From an uncultured Gemmatimonadales bacterium (GTDB lineage Bacteria; Gemmatimonadota; Gemmatimonadetes; Gemmatimonadales; GWC2-71-9), in assembly GCA_963695555.1 (NCBI GenBank), contig CAVOGR010000005.1, positions 1 through 64,000 of the forward strand: a stretch of DNA of 64,000 nt, written 5' to 3'. Numbering within the stretch: the first letter of the stretch is position 1; the number at the start of each line of letters is the position of its first letter. This document shows, in pieces, positions 26,793 to 37,360 of the stretch. Made by a program: the position numbers and the translations under genes. Below the pieces are notes generated by a model. That model saw only the letters and a list, made by a program, of their open reading frames with translations. It was not told the origin of the DNA and searched no databases.

Positions 26793-27841
26793 TATTTATC
26801 GACCGGGCGCGGATTCGGGTGCGTGCCGGCTCAGGCGGATCAGGAGCCTGTTCGTTTGCCCGCTTCAAGTACAAGCCGAAGGGAGGTCCCGACGGTGGAG
26901 ACGGCGGCCGTGGCGGCAGCATATCCGTCCGCGGCGACAGCAATCTCAGTACGCTGCTCGACTACCGCTATCGTGCAATCTGGAAGGCCGAACGTGGGCA
27001 GCACGGCAAGGGCAACAATATGACCGGCAAGTCGGGCGAGGATCTCCAGCTCCCGGTGCCGCCCGGCACGGTACTTAGCGATGCCGAGAGCGGCCGGACG
27101 ATCGGAGAGATCTTGCGCGATGGCGATGAGCTGGTGATCGCGCGTGGAGGGCGCGGCGGCCGTGGAAACGCTCGGTTTGCTACCTCGACCCATCAAGCGC
27201 CCCGCGAGTGGGAACCGGGCGAGGAGGGTGAGGGGCGCCACATCGAGTTGGTCCTGAAGTTGATAGCCGATGTCGGATTGGTGGGAGAGCCGAACGCAGG
27301 GAAAAGCACCCTCTTATCCGTCATCTCCGCTGCGCGTCCGAAGATCGCCGACTATCCCTTCACCACCTTGGAACCAAACCTCGGCGTGGTGGGACTGACG
27401 GGGCATCGCTCGTTTGTGGTCGCCGACATTCCGGGCATCATCGAAGGAGCCCACGCCGGGAAGGGATTGGGGCTCACCTTCCTCCAGCACATCGAGCGAA
27501 CCCGCATCCTGGCATTCCTCATTCCACTCGACGCTCCCGACCCCCAGGCGGTATACGACCGCCTGCGTGGGGAGGTTCAGGCGTACAGCGCTCGCTTGGC
27601 CACAACGCCACACGTCGTTGTGCTTACCAAGGCCGATCTCCTTCCGGAGAACCAGCCCCCTGCTGGCCTCACCACCGCTGGTGCGGACGCAACCGTCGTC
27701 ATTTCGAGCCTGTCCCGCCAAGGTGTTCCCGCCTTGCTGGAGCATCTGTGGACGATGCTGGAGCGGGTTCGTACCACTGAGCCCGAGCCGGGCAGCAACC
27801 AGCTTCCAGGGGTGACCGCTTCCCATGAAACTGGCGGATAG
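26789..27841 (+). CDS. obgE: GTPase ObgE
   Basis: FIDRA, GGPDGGDGGRGG, GEPNAGKST, DYPFTT, DIPG. Confidence 0.97.
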   Translation: MIFIDRARIRVRAGSGGSGACSFARFKYKPKGGPDGGDGGRGGSISVRGDSNLSTLLDYRYRAIWKAERGQHGKGNNMTGKSGEDLQLPVPPGTVLSDAESGRTIGEILRDGDELVIARGGRGGRGNARFATSTHQAPREWEPGEEGEGRHIELVLKLIADVGLVGEPNAGKSTLLSVISAARPKIADYPFTTLEPNLGVVGLTGHRSFVVADIPGIIEGAHAGKGLGLTFLQHIERTRILAFLIPLDAPDPQAVYDRLRGEVQAYSARLATTPHVVVLTKADLLPENQPPAGLTTAGADATVVISSLSRQGVPALLEHLWTMLERVRTTEPEPGSNQLPGVTASHETGG

Positions 27842-28931
27842 CTCCGACACGGGGCTTGCCGCCTATGCGGCACTGGCCTCGACTCCAGGCATCGGCCCCG
27901 CCCGCATGGCCACCTTGTTGGACGCTCTGGGCACCGCACTCGGCGCTATCACGGCGCCGTTTGCGTTGTTGTGCTCCCTTCCGGGTATTTCTCGCGCCGC
28001 CGCCACCGCGATCCGCGCCGCGTCGGTCGAGCAGGGACAGGCCATGCTCGATCGTTTGGCCGGACTCGGCGGCGCGGCACTCCTCCCGGACGATTCCCGG
28101 TTTCCGAAGGCGCTGGCGAACATACCGGATCGTCCGCCGCTGCTCTTTGCCCTGGGGAACGTGGCGCTGCTCGAGCCGCCGGCCGTGGCGCTGGTGGGCA
28201 GCCGTGACCACAGTGCCTACGGCGCCGATGTGTGCCGTGTGGTCGCAGACGCCGCCGCGCGCGCGGGGCTCGTCGTGGTGAGCGGACTCGCGCGTGGGCT
28301 CGATCGTGTGGCCCACGCGGCGGCGCTCGATGCGGGCGGTGGCACCATCGGGGTCCTCGGGAACGGGCTCGGGGTCGTCTATCCCGCTGCCAACCGATCG
28401 CTGTACGAACGAGTGGGCCGGGACGGGCTTCTGCTCACTGAATTCCCTCCAGGCGAGCGGCCACACGCGGGCAGCTTCCCGCGCCGGAACCGTATCATCA
28501 GCGGACTTGCCCACGTGACGGTCGTGGTCGAGGCTGGGGCGCGATCGGGCACCCTCATTACCGTCGCAGCCGCACTCGAACAGGGACGCGAGGTCATGGC
28601 GGTGCCGGGACCGATCACGAGTGCCACGTCGGTTGGAACGAACCGACTGATTCGCGACGGCGCGACACCGCTGCTCGAGGCAGCAGATCTGCTCGCCCAC
28701 TACGACGGCCTCACCGCTCCCGCGCGCTCCCCCGCGAAACCTCAGCCTCCCGCGCTCTCCCCTGAATCCGAGCGAGTGTTCGTCCACATGGCGGGCGACC
28801 CGGTCCACTTCGACGTGCTCGCCGAGCGTCTCTCGGAACCGGCAGGCCGACTGCTCGCGATTCTCTCGGGGTTAGAGCTTCAAGGCCTCATCCAGCAGCA
28901 TCCCGGGCATCTATTCAGCCGGGTTTCATGA
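27825..28931 (+). CDS. dprA: DNA-processing protein DprA
   Basis: VALVGSR, VSGLARGLD, FPRRNRIISGL, VVEA..RSG. Confidence 0.95.
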   Translation: MKLADSSDTGLAAYAALASTPGIGPARMATLLDALGTALGAITAPFALLCSLPGISRAAATAIRAASVEQGQAMLDRLAGLGGAALLPDDSRFPKALANIPDRPPLLFALGNVALLEPPAVALVGSRDHSAYGADVCRVVADAAARAGLVVVSGLARGLDRVAHAAALDAGGGTIGVLGNGLGVVYPAANRSLYERVGRDGLLLTEFPPGERPHAGSFPRRNRIISGLAHVTVVVEAGARSGTLITVAAALEQGREVMAVPGPITSATSVGTNRLIRDGATPLLEAADLLAHYDGLTAPARSPAKPQPPALSPESERVFVHMAGDPVHFDVLAERLSEPAGRLLAILSGLELQGLIQQHPGHLFSRVS

Positions 28932-28949
28932 CGGCATCTTTCGGCTGAG

Positions 28950-30050
28950 ATGCATCTCTACATCCACGTGCCCTTCTGCGCCCGCCGGTGCAGCTACTGT
29001 GATTTCGCGATCGCCGTCCGACGGACCACGCCGTCCGATGCCTTCTGTCGCGCCGTGCTCGCCGAGTGGTCGAGCTGGCAAGGCCATTCGGTATGGGCCG
29101 ACGCCGGTCCGATCGCGACGATCTACTTGGGCGGCGGGACTCCGTCGCGGCTCAGCCCCGACGCGCTGCGCGTCATGCTCGATCGCATCGCGGGAGACCG
29201 CCCTGTTGCGCCAGATCCGGAGGTGACACTCGAAGCCAACCCGGACGACGTGTCACCCCACGCTGCAGCCGAGTGGCTCGCGGCGGGCATCAATCGCGTC
29301 TCGCTCGGCGCGCAGTCGTTCGAGCCCGCGGTGCTGACCTGGATGCATCGCACCCATCGGAGTGAGCAGACAACGGAGGCGGTAGCCATGCTCCGGGACG
29401 CCGGTTTCGAGAATCTTTCACTCGATCTGATCTTCGGGTTGCCTGCGCACCTCCCTCGATCGTGGCGTCGCGATCTGGACCGGGCTCTGGCGCTCGAGCC
29501 CGACCACCTCTCGCTCTACGCCCTCACGGTCGAAGAGCGGACACCGTTGTCCCGGTGGATTGCTCAGGGTCGGTGCGGCGTGCCGGAGGACGAACACTCC
29601 GCCGATGAGTACCTCGAGGCCCATACCCGCCTTCGCGATGCGGGCTTCGAGCACTACGAGGTCTCGAACGCCAGTCGTCCGGGCTTTCAGGCCAAGCACA
29701 ACAGCGCCTACTGGTCAGGCGCTCGCTACATCGGACTGGGGCCGTCGGCTCATAGCTATCTGGGAGCCCACCGCCAGTGGAACGTGCGTGAGTGGGCGGC
29801 GTACCAGCGGGCGCTCCAGGAGGGGAAGCCGGTTGTCGCCGGCCAAGAGCGCCTCGATGGGCGGCGGGCGAGACTGGAGCACCTGTACCTGGGGCTCAGG
29901 ACCCGCTCGGGTATCGAGGTCGAGGCGGTGACGCCCTCGGTGGCGGCCGCATGGCAGGAAGCCGGATGGGCCGTCCTGGAGGGAGGTCGCGTTCGGCTTA
30001 CCGTGGAGGGCTGGCTCAGGTTGGACGCCCTGGTCACGGCGCTGGCCTAA
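28950..30050 (+). CDS. hemW: Radical SAM heme chaperone HemW
   Basis: LYIHVPFCARRCSYCDF, GGGTPS, YEVSN, HNSAYW. Confidence 0.92.
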   Translation: MHLYIHVPFCARRCSYCDFAIAVRRTTPSDAFCRAVLAEWSSWQGHSVWADAGPIATIYLGGGTPSRLSPDALRVMLDRIAGDRPVAPDPEVTLEANPDDVSPHAAAEWLAAGINRVSLGAQSFEPAVLTWMHRTHRSEQTTEAVAMLRDAGFENLSLDLIFGLPAHLPRSWRRDLDRALALEPDHLSLYALTVEERTPLSRWIAQGRCGVPEDEHSADEYLEAHTRLRDAGFEHYEVSNASRPGFQAKHNSAYWSGARYIGLGPSAHSYLGAHRQWNVREWAAYQRALQEGKPVVAGQERLDGRRARLEHLYLGLRTRSGIEVEAVTPSVAAAWQEAGWAVLEGGRVRLTVEGWLRLDALVTALA

Positions 30051-30109
30051 GGGAGCTTCGTCGAATCCAGCCCTACCGCAGCCACCGAGCGGCTGCCTAG
30101 ATTCTGACC

Positions 30110-31147
30110 ATGAAAGACGCCGAGAGCCTCACCGACCGCCAATTGCGCGTTTTGGCCGCGGTGATCGAGGCCTATATCGAAACCGCGGAGCCGACCGGCA
30201 GCCGGACCGTCGCCTCGCGGTCGCGGTTGGGCGTCTCTCCGGCGACCATCCGCAGCACCATGAACGATTTGGAGCGGAAGGGGTACCTCTTCCACCCCCA
30301 TACCTCCGCGGGCCGGATTCCCACCGACCGGGCGTATCGGGCCTACGTGGACCTCCTCATGCGGCTGTCCCCGCCGAGCATGGCCGAGCGGGAGGCCTTG
30401 AGTCAGGAGTTGCCCAGGACCGGTGGTGCGGTGGAAGAAGTTCTGCATCGTGCGGCGCAAGTCCTTGGGGTATTGACTCAGGAACTGGGTGTCGGGGTTG
30501 CTCCCGCACTCGATGAAATCGTACTCGAACGTCTCGAGTTGGTGCGGGTGGCCTCCGATCGCCTGCTCTTGGTCTTCAATCTCGAGAGCGGCGTCCTTCG
30601 GACGATCTTCGTTCAAATTCCGGGGTCCATCGCATCGGAAGTGGTCCATCAGGTGGCGCAGGTATTGAACGAGCGACTCGCGGGCTCGACCCTGAAAGCG
30701 ATCCGAAAGTCGCTCGCGCAACGCTTGCGCGACGCAGGGCATACGCCTGAAGGACGAGAGCTCATGAACATTTTCATTGCGGAGCGTGAGGATATCTTCG
30801 ACCTGTCGGGCGGTGGGGAGGACATCGTGTTGGGGAGCGCCCAAATGCTGGCGGATCAGCCGGAATTCGCATCGAACGTGCGGATGCGGGGGCTCCTAGA
30901 CCTGACCGAACGCCGTGATCTCCTGAAAGAAGTGCTGCGGGACCGCCGCCGGGCCGGCCTGAGTATCACCATTGGGGGTGAGAACCTCGATTCTCGCCTC
31001 AGCGATTTTACTCTTGTCACGGCATCGTACGAGCGCGGCGGGTTGTCCGGCGTGATCGGCGTCCTGGGACCCACCCGGATGCCGTACGACAAGATCATTG
31101 GTTTGGTCGAGCATACGAGTCGCTTGATCGAAGGACTGCTGACGTGA
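30110..31147 (+). CDS. hrcA: Heat-inducible transcription repressor HrcA
   Basis: [26 protein letters not shown]. Confidence 0.96.
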   Translation: MKDAESLTDRQLRVLAAVIEAYIETAEPTGSRTVASRSRLGVSPATIRSTMNDLERKGYLFHPHTSAGRIPTDRAYRAYVDLLMRLSPPSMAEREALSQELPRTGGAVEEVLHRAAQVLGVLTQELGVGVAPALDEIVLERLELVRVASDRLLLVFNLESGVLRTIFVQIPGSIASEVVHQVAQVLNERLAGSTLKAIRKSLAQRLRDAGHTPEGRELMNIFIAEREDIFDLSGGGEDIVLGSAQMLADQPEFASNVRMRGLLDLTERRDLLKEVLRDRRRAGLSITIGGENLDSRLSDFTLVTASYERGGLSGVIGVLGPTRMPYDKIIGLVEHTSRLIEGLLT

Positions 31148-32274
31148 GTGATTTCTATTCCCTGTTGGGCGTGTCACGCAGTGCGACGCTCGACGAGATC
31201 AAGAAGGCATACCGGAAGCTTGCGCTCGAGTTCCATCCGGATCGCAACTCCGCCCCGGATGCGGAGGAAAAGTTCAAGGAGATTACCGAGGCGTATGAGG
31301 TGCTCCGCGATCCGCAAAGCCGGACCAGCTACGACCGCTACGGGCGGGCGCCCAAGGGCCGCGGGGCGGGCTTCGACTTCCACCACGTCGACCTGGCCGA
31401 GGCGCTCGAGATCTTCATGCGCGATTTCGGCGGCTTCGGCGGCTTCGAGGCGATGTTCGGCGGGCAACGCCGCTCGGTCTCCGAAGCCAGGCGGGGCCAG
31501 GACGTCCGCGTAAATGTGAAGCTCACGCTGGACGAGGTCGCGACCGGGGTGTCGAAGGTCATCAAGCTCAAGACGCTGGAACAATGCCAAGCCTGTGACG
31601 GCAGCGGCGCCCAACCGGGCACATCGCCGGCCACGTGCAGTACCTGCGCCGGGTCCGGTGAAGTCCGTCGGGCGGCGCGCAGTATGTTCGGCCAGTTCGT
31701 GTCGGTATCGCCGTGCCCCACCTGCGCCGGCGAGGGCACCGTGATCGCGAGTCCGTGCGGTCAGTGTCGCGGAGAAGGTCGAGTCCGGGGCGAGCGTACC
31801 GTCAAGGTGGAGATCCCCGCCGGCGTGGCGGCGAACAATTATCTCACGTTGCGCGGCCAGGGTGCGGCCGGGGCCCGAAACGGGCAGCCCGGCGACCTCT
31901 TGGTGATGTTGAACCTCGAGGAAGACGGGAGCTTCGAGCGCCGCGGCCAGGACCTGTACCTCGACCTGGCGGTGTCGTTCAGCCAGGCCGCGCTGGGCGC
32001 GGATTTCACCGTGCCGACGCCCTATGGCGACGAAACGGTCTCCGTGCCGCCAGGTACCCAGGCCGAGACCGTGTTGCGGCTCCGCGGCAGCGGCCTCCCG
32101 CATCTGGGTCGTGCCGGGAAAGGCGACTTGAACATCCGCGTCCATGTCTGGACTCCGGAGAAGCTCACCGCGGAACAGGAGGAGGTGTTCCAACGGCTGG
32201 CGGCCCTCGAGGGCGAGCCTCCGAAGCGCGAGCCGGGCTTCTGGTCCAGACTCAAGGAGGCCCTCGGCGCATGA
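31144..32274 (+). CDS. dnaJ: Chaperone DnaJ
   Basis: HPD motif, four CxxCxGxG repeats. Confidence 0.97.
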   Translation: MSDFYSLLGVSRSATLDEIKKAYRKLALEFHPDRNSAPDAEEKFKEITEAYEVLRDPQSRTSYDRYGRAPKGRGAGFDFHHVDLAEALEIFMRDFGGFGGFEAMFGGQRRSVSEARRGQDVRVNVKLTLDEVATGVSKVIKLKTLEQCQACDGSGAQPGTSPATCSTCAGSGEVRRAARSMFGQFVSVSPCPTCAGEGTVIASPCGQCRGEGRVRGERTVKVEIPAGVAANNYLTLRGQGAAGARNGQPGDLLVMLNLEEDGSFERRGQDLYLDLAVSFSQAALGADFTVPTPYGDETVSVPPGTQAETVLRLRGSGLPHLGRAGKGDLNIRVHVWTPEKLTAEQEEVFQRLAALEGEPPKREPGFWSRLKEALGA

Positions 32275-33104
32275 GCGGCTGGGCCATCGAGATCCGGGTC
32301 CCGCCCGGATCGCGAGCGGCGACGGTAGTGCGACTGGTTGGGTGGACGGACTTGGCGGTCGAAGAGCGGCCCGACGGGACCCTCGTATCCTTCGCGCCGA
32401 CGGCGGCGGAGACTGAGGCGCTGCTTGCCCGCCTCGAGGAATACGTTCCCAGCGGTCTCCAAACCACCTGCACGCACATCGAGACTACGGACTGGTCGCT
32501 CCGCTGGCGTGACGGGCTGGCCCCGCGCCGAATCGGCCGCCTCATGATTGTTCCGTCGTGGTTGCATTCGGACAGCACGCCGGCCGACTTCACCGTCATC
32601 CTCGATCCGGGTGGCGCCTTCGGGAGCGGCGAGCATGGCTCCACGCGCGGGGCAATCGGATTGTTGGAGCATCTGGTCCGGCCTGGTGCCGTGGTCTTAG
32701 ATCTCGGTTCCGGAAGCGGCATCCTGGCGATTGCCGCACTCGCAATCGGGGCTCGCCGGGCAATCGGGATCGAGCTGGATGCCCAGGCCGTGGAGGTGGC
32801 CGAAGCCAACGCCCGAATGAATGGCGTCGGGCACGCCGTGTCCTTCCTGACAGGGGACGCCCGAATGCTGGTCCCGTTGCTCGGCCCGGTCGATTGTGTG
32901 GTCGCCAATATCCTCCGCACGGTGAACACTGCGCTCCTGCCAATCATTCACGGGTCCCTTCGGGCTGATGGAGTGGCAATTTTCTCGGGCATGGAAGTGG
33001 AGGAGGCGGACGAGTTCATGGCCGCGCTCGCTCATGCCCGGTTCGATGTGGTGGAACAGCGTACCGACGACGGCTGGTGGGCCGTGGCGGCCAAGCTCTT
33101 GTGA
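32271..33104 (+). CDS. prmA: Ribosomal protein L11 methyltransferase
   Basis: [30 protein letters not shown]. Confidence 0.92.
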   Translation: MSGWAIEIRVPPGSRAATVVRLVGWTDLAVEERPDGTLVSFAPTAAETEALLARLEEYVPSGLQTTCTHIETTDWSLRWRDGLAPRRIGRLMIVPSWLHSDSTPADFTVILDPGGAFGSGEHGSTRGAIGLLEHLVRPGAVVLDLGSGSGILAIAALAIGARRAIGIELDAQAVEVAEANARMNGVGHAVSFLTGDARMLVPLLGPVDCVVANILRTVNTALLPIIHGSLRADGVAIFSGMEVEEADEFMAALAHARFDVVEQRTDDGWWAVAAKLL

Positions 33105-33814
33105 AGACCGTCTTGGTTCCCGCCGACTCGCTGGTGGCCAACGGCACCGTGGTCCTTCAGGCGGAGGAACGCCAGCATCTTCGTGTGAGGCGGGCCGTGC
33201 ACGGGGAAGCGGTCCGAGTGTGTGACGGTCACGGCGTGGTGGCCGAAGGGCGATTCGAACTCGAAGGCCGTCGCGCGATCGTGGTGGTCGGGGCCGTGGA
33301 GCGCGTGCCGCCGCCGCCGCCGCTGGTACTGGCCGTGGCCGGCGGTGATCGGGAGCGCTTCGGCTGGCTGGTGGAGAAGTGCGTGGAGCTCGGCGCGACC
33401 GCGATCATCCCGCTCGATACGGAGCGCGGGCGCCACGTGGCCAATCGGCTCCGCCCGAGTCACATCGCCCGGCTGGCCCGCCGCGCCCGAGAGACCCTCA
33501 AGCAATGCCAGAGAGCGTGGGTACTGGAGATCGACCGAGTGACCCCGCTCGAAGAATTTTTGGCGACGCCGCGGCTGGGTAGCCGGTTCGTGGCAGATCG
33601 CGCCGGATCGTTACCCGCCGATATTCTGCTCGCGGACGCCGTCACGGTGGCTGTGGGGCCGGAAGGCGGGTTCACTGCCGAGGAGCTGGCCGGGTTCTCC
33701 GCCGCCGGGTTCCGGCCGGTGTGCTTCGGGACGGCGGTGCTCCGTTTTGAGACCGCGGCGATGGCAGCGGCCGCCTACGTCAGCATTGAGAGGAGAAGGG
33801 GGCACGATGAGTGA
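33101..33814 (+). CDS. rsmE: 16S rRNA m3U1498 methyltransferase
   Basis: HLRVRR, EKCVELG, VGPEGGF, LRFETA. Confidence 0.92.
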   Translation: MKTVLVPADSLVANGTVVLQAEERQHLRVRRAVHGEAVRVCDGHGVVAEGRFELEGRRAIVVVGAVERVPPPPPLVLAVAGGDRERFGWLVEKCVELGATAIIPLDTERGRHVANRLRPSHIARLARRARETLKQCQRAWVLEIDRVTPLEEFLATPRLGSRFVADRAGSLPADILLADAVTVAVGPEGGFTAEELAGFSAAGFRPVCFGTAVLRFETAAMAAAAYVSIERRRGHDE

Positions 33815-34154
33815 CTGCGTCTTCTGTAAGATCGCCGACGGATCGATCCCCGCCGACATCGTCGCACGTGGCGATGACGCGGTGGCATTCCGGGACTTGG
33901 ATCCCAAGGCGCCGGTCCATGTGTTGGCCATTCCTACCCGCCACATCAGCGCGGTGCGCGACGTCTCCGGGGCTGATGGCGAGCGGATGCTTGGCTCCTT
34001 GCTCCGGTTTGCGGCCACCGTGGCCAGCGACCTCGGGCTCGACGACCGCGGCTACCGGTTGGTGGCCAACACGGGTCCGGACGGCGGCCAGAGCGTCCTT
34101 CATCTTCACGTGCACATCCTCGGGGGACGCCCAATGAGGTGGCCTCCCGGGTAG
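33807..34154 (+). CDS. Histidine triad (HIT/Hint) protein
   Basis: [21 protein letters not shown]. Confidence 0.95.
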   Translation: MSDCVFCKIADGSIPADIVARGDDAVAFRDLDPKAPVHVLAIPTRHISAVRDVSGADGERMLGSLLRFAATVASDLGLDDRGYRLVANTGPDGGQSVLHLHVHILGGRPMRWPPG

Positions 34155-34177
34155 GCTCCGGCCCCGGATGGCCGTCC

Positions 34178-34206
34178 TTGCCCTGTGCGTTTGGCGGGCA
34201 TAAATT
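34178..34206 (+). promoter_or_regulatory. Putative sigma70 promoter of rpsU
   Basis: TTGCCC-17 bp-TAAATT. Confidence 0.55.
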
Positions 34207-34258
34207 GCATGGCTACAACCATTTGCCCGTCAAGGGCATGAGAGGGGTGATAGGTCGC

Positions 34259-34465
34259 ATGGCTGAAGTCATCATTCACGATGACGAGAACTTCGAGCGG
34301 GCGCTCAAACGCTTCAAGAAGAAATGCGAAAAGGCCGGAATCCTCTCCGATCTTCGCAAGCACCGGCACTATGAGAAGCCGAGCGAGAAGCGGAAGCGCA
34401 AACTCAATGCCGCAATCCGGAAAAACCGCCGCGGGCCACGGGCACCACGTGCCGCCAGATCGTAG
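34259..34465 (+). CDS. rpsU: 30S ribosomal protein S21
   Basis: [12 protein letters not shown]...[10 protein letters not shown]. Confidence 0.97.
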   Translation: MAEVIIHDDENFERALKRFKKKCEKAGILSDLRKHRHYEKPSEKRKRKLNAAIRKNRRGPRAPRAARS

Positions 34466-34898
34466 TCTCGCGGAAACGCTCCAGGCCGCCCTCGCTACAT
34501 CTCGCAAAGCGCAGGAGAAGGATCGTACACTCCTCTTGGGTACGCTCCTAGCCGAGGTCAAGAACCGGCGCATCGAATTGCGCCGGGATCTCACCGAGGA
34601 TGAGGTCATCGATGTATTCCGCAAGGCCATCAAGATCCGGGATGATGCCGCCGGGCAGTATGAACAGGGCCGCCGCCCCGAGTTGGCCGAGAAGGAGCGG
34701 GCCGAGATCAAAATCATCGAGAGCTTCCTGCCACCGCCGCCCGACCCGGAGGAAATCCGAGCGGTCGTGCGGCAGGTCGTGGCAGCCGGGGCGACAGATC
34801 TCGGACGCGTCATGGGGCAAGTGATGCCGCAGTTCAAGGGACGGGTTGACGGGAGGGTCATCAACCGGATTGTGCGCGAGGAACTCGAGGCACGATGA
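34449..34898 (+). CDS. GatB/YqeY domain protein
   Basis: [28 protein letters not shown]. Confidence 0.9.
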   Translation: MPPDRSLAETLQAALATSRKAQEKDRTLLLGTLLAEVKNRRIELRRDLTEDEVIDVFRKAIKIRDDAAGQYEQGRRPELAEKERAEIKIIESFLPPPPDPEEIRAVVRQVVAAGATDLGRVMGQVMPQFKGRVDGRVINRIVREELEAR

Positions 34899-37360
34899 TA
34901 CGGTCCGATGACGGTGGCGCATCACACGGGGTGCTGAGGTACGCGAATACCGGCACCCCGTTTCCTATTCCAGGGCCGGGAGTCGCCGCGGCTCTCGAGA
35001 CGCTCGAATTGCCTGAGGCGCTCGATCGGGTTGCGGAACATGCGGCTGGACCCATGGGACGCGCCGCCATACGGCGCCTCGTGCCGACCGCAGATGTCGA
35101 CTGGATCACCCGGGAACTCGGTTTGGTGGCGGAGCTCGCCGCGCTGCTCGAGCGCGGCGACGCACTTGCCGCCGACGCCGTTCCCGACCCCACCGATACG
35201 ATCGCGCGCGTGCGTGTCGATGGCAGCGTGCTCGATGGCAGCGAAGTAGCCCTCCTCCGGCGGCTTCTCTCCGCCGCACGAACGACCAGTGCAACCATCC
35301 AGCGCATCGCGCCCGATGCGCCGGGCGTCGCCGGGTTGCTCCGGCCGTTGCCGGCGACGGAACTCGATCGGACGCTCGACCGGGCCATCGACGAGCGCGG
35401 CGAAGTGCTGGACACCGCGAGTCGGGCCCTTGCCGCTGCACGTCGCGCCGTCCGCTCCGCGAGGAGCCGTCTGTTGCAGAAGCTCGAGCAGATGCTCAAC
35501 GGACTGGAAGGCGACACTGCGGAACGCGGGACCGTGACCATCCGCGCCGGCCGCTACGTCATTCCCGTGCGGCGCGACACGCGTCACCGACCTCCGGGCA
35601 TCATTCATGACGAATCCGCGAGCCAGGAAACACTGTTCGTCGAGCCTAGCGCAACAATCGAGTTGGGCAATGCCTTCCGAGAAGCTGAAGCAGCGGAGGA
35701 ACGCGAAGTCCTCCGGGTCCTGCGCGACCTGAGCCGCCTGCTCCGGGACGACGCCGACGGCCTCCAGAACGCCCTCGACATGGGAGTGGCCTTCGACGCG
35801 CTGGTGGCGCGGGCCAGGTACGCCGTGGCGGTCGGCGGACATCGCCCCGACCTGACGGCCGCCCCCGCCCCATTGACCGTCATCGACGCGCGTCATCCCC
35901 TCCTTCTCGATGGCACCATCGAAGTGGTACCCTGCTCGCTGTGCCTCGACGCGGGTGAGCGCACGGTGGTGGTGAGCGGGCCGAACGCCGGCGGGAAGAC
36001 CGTCGCTCTCAAGACGGTAGGATTGGTGGCCGCGATGACGCAGGCCGGCATCATCCCCCCGATCGGACCGGAGTCGCGCCTGCCGGTGTTTGGTGGGTTC
36101 TTCGTCGACATTGGCGACCATCAATCCATCGCCGCCAACCTGTCGACGTTCTCCGCCCACGTGCGCGCACTCAGGGACACTCTCGAACATGCCAATGATG
36201 CCTCACTCGTCCTGATCGATGAAATCGGGAGCGGCACGGATCCGGCGGAAGGCGCAGCGCTCGCTGAGGCTGCGCTTGGGGCGCTCACCCGGGCCGGCGC
36301 AACCACCCTCGCCAGCACGCACCTGGGCGCCCTCAAGCGGCTGGCCGAGACACTTCCCGGGGTGGTGAACGCGTCCCTCCAATTCGATCCGGAAACCGTC
36401 AGCCCGACCTATCGACTCGAGAAAGGAGTGCCCGGACGTTCCTACGGCATCGCCATCGCTCGGCGTCTGGGCTTGCCGGAAGCGCTGCTCCAGGAAGCGG
36501 AGAGCCACGTGCCCGCCGGGGAACGGGCGCTCGATGCCCTCTTGGCCGATCTCGAGTGGCGTGAGAAGAAACTTCGGGAGGCGGAGGAGGAAGTCTCGGC
36601 CCGGGCGGAGCGAATTGCGACCGATGAGCGGCGGCTGGCCGATCAGGCAGGTCGCCAAGACGAGCGCGAATCCGAGCTCGAGCGCCGGATGCGCGACGCC
36701 GAGCGTGAGGGTCGCTCACAGGCGCGGAGCTACTTGCTGGAGGCTCGCCGCCGGGTGGAGGAAGCGTTGGCGCTCGCACGAGCTGCTGTCGGCGAAGCGA
36801 CCGCACGCGAGGCGCGCCGGTTGGTTGAAGAAGGTGTCCGCCAGGAATCGCAGGCCGTGAAGCAATCCGAAGCGATCGCGCGATCGGGCGGCGGAGTGGC
36901 TCATCCGGACGCACTCGATATCGGCACCCGAGTGGAGCTGGTCGATGGCACGGTGGGCGAGGTCGTGGGGAGCCGGTCGGATGGCCGCCTGGAACTCCGG
37001 GTGGGCGCAATGCGCCTCGTCGTGGACACAACTCAGGTGGCGGGCGCGGTCGAGGAGAAGCGAGTGGCGGCCCCGCGAACGTCCACGACTTTCTCACGCC
37101 AGGCCGAGACTGGCGCCGTGCTGGACCTCGATCTTCGGGGCATGACGGGAGACGAGGCCGAGGCGGCGACGCTTGCCGCCATCGATCGGGCCATCCTGGC
37201 GGACCAGCCGTATCTTCGGATCATTCACGGCAAGGGCACCGGCGTGGTGCGAGACCGCGTGCTCCACGTCGTCTCCGCAGACAGACGCGTTGCCCGCCAG
37301 CAGTTTGCCACGCGAGAGGCCGGCGGGACCGGGGTGACGATCGTGGAGTTCACACCGTGA
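34895..37360 (+). CDS. mutS2: Endonuclease MutS2
   Basis: SGPNAGGKT, LSTFSAH, DEIGSGTDP, C-terminal Smr domain (LDLRG..IIHGKGTG). Confidence 0.95.
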   Translation: MIRSDDGGASHGVLRYANTGTPFPIPGPGVAAALETLELPEALDRVAEHAAGPMGRAAIRRLVPTADVDWITRELGLVAELAALLERGDALAADAVPDPTDTIARVRVDGSVLDGSEVALLRRLLSAARTTSATIQRIAPDAPGVAGLLRPLPATELDRTLDRAIDERGEVLDTASRALAAARRAVRSARSRLLQKLEQMLNGLEGDTAERGTVTIRAGRYVIPVRRDTRHRPPGIIHDESASQETLFVEPSATIELGNAFREAEAAEEREVLRVLRDLSRLLRDDADGLQNALDMGVAFDALVARARYAVAVGGHRPDLTAAPAPLTVIDARHPLLLDGTIEVVPCSLCLDAGERTVVVSGPNAGGKTVALKTVGLVAAMTQAGIIPPIGPESRLPVFGGFFVDIGDHQSIAANLSTFSAHVRALRDTLEHANDASLVLIDEIGSGTDPAEGAALAEAALGALTRAGATTLASTHLGALKRLAETLPGVVNASLQFDPETVSPTYRLEKGVPGRSYGIAIARRLGLPEALLQEAESHVPAGERALDALLADLEWREKKLREAEEEVSARAERIATDERRLADQAGRQDERESELERRMRDAEREGRSQARSYLLEARRRVEEALALARAAVGEATAREARRLVEEGVRQESQAVKQSEAIARSGGGVAHPDALDIGTRVELVDGTVGEVVGSRSDGRLELRVGAMRLVVDTTQVAGAVEEKRVAAPRTSTTFSRQAETGAVLDLDLRGMTGDEAEAATLAAIDRAILADQPYLRIIHGKGTGVVRDRVLHVVSADRRVARQQFATREAGGTGVTIVEFTP

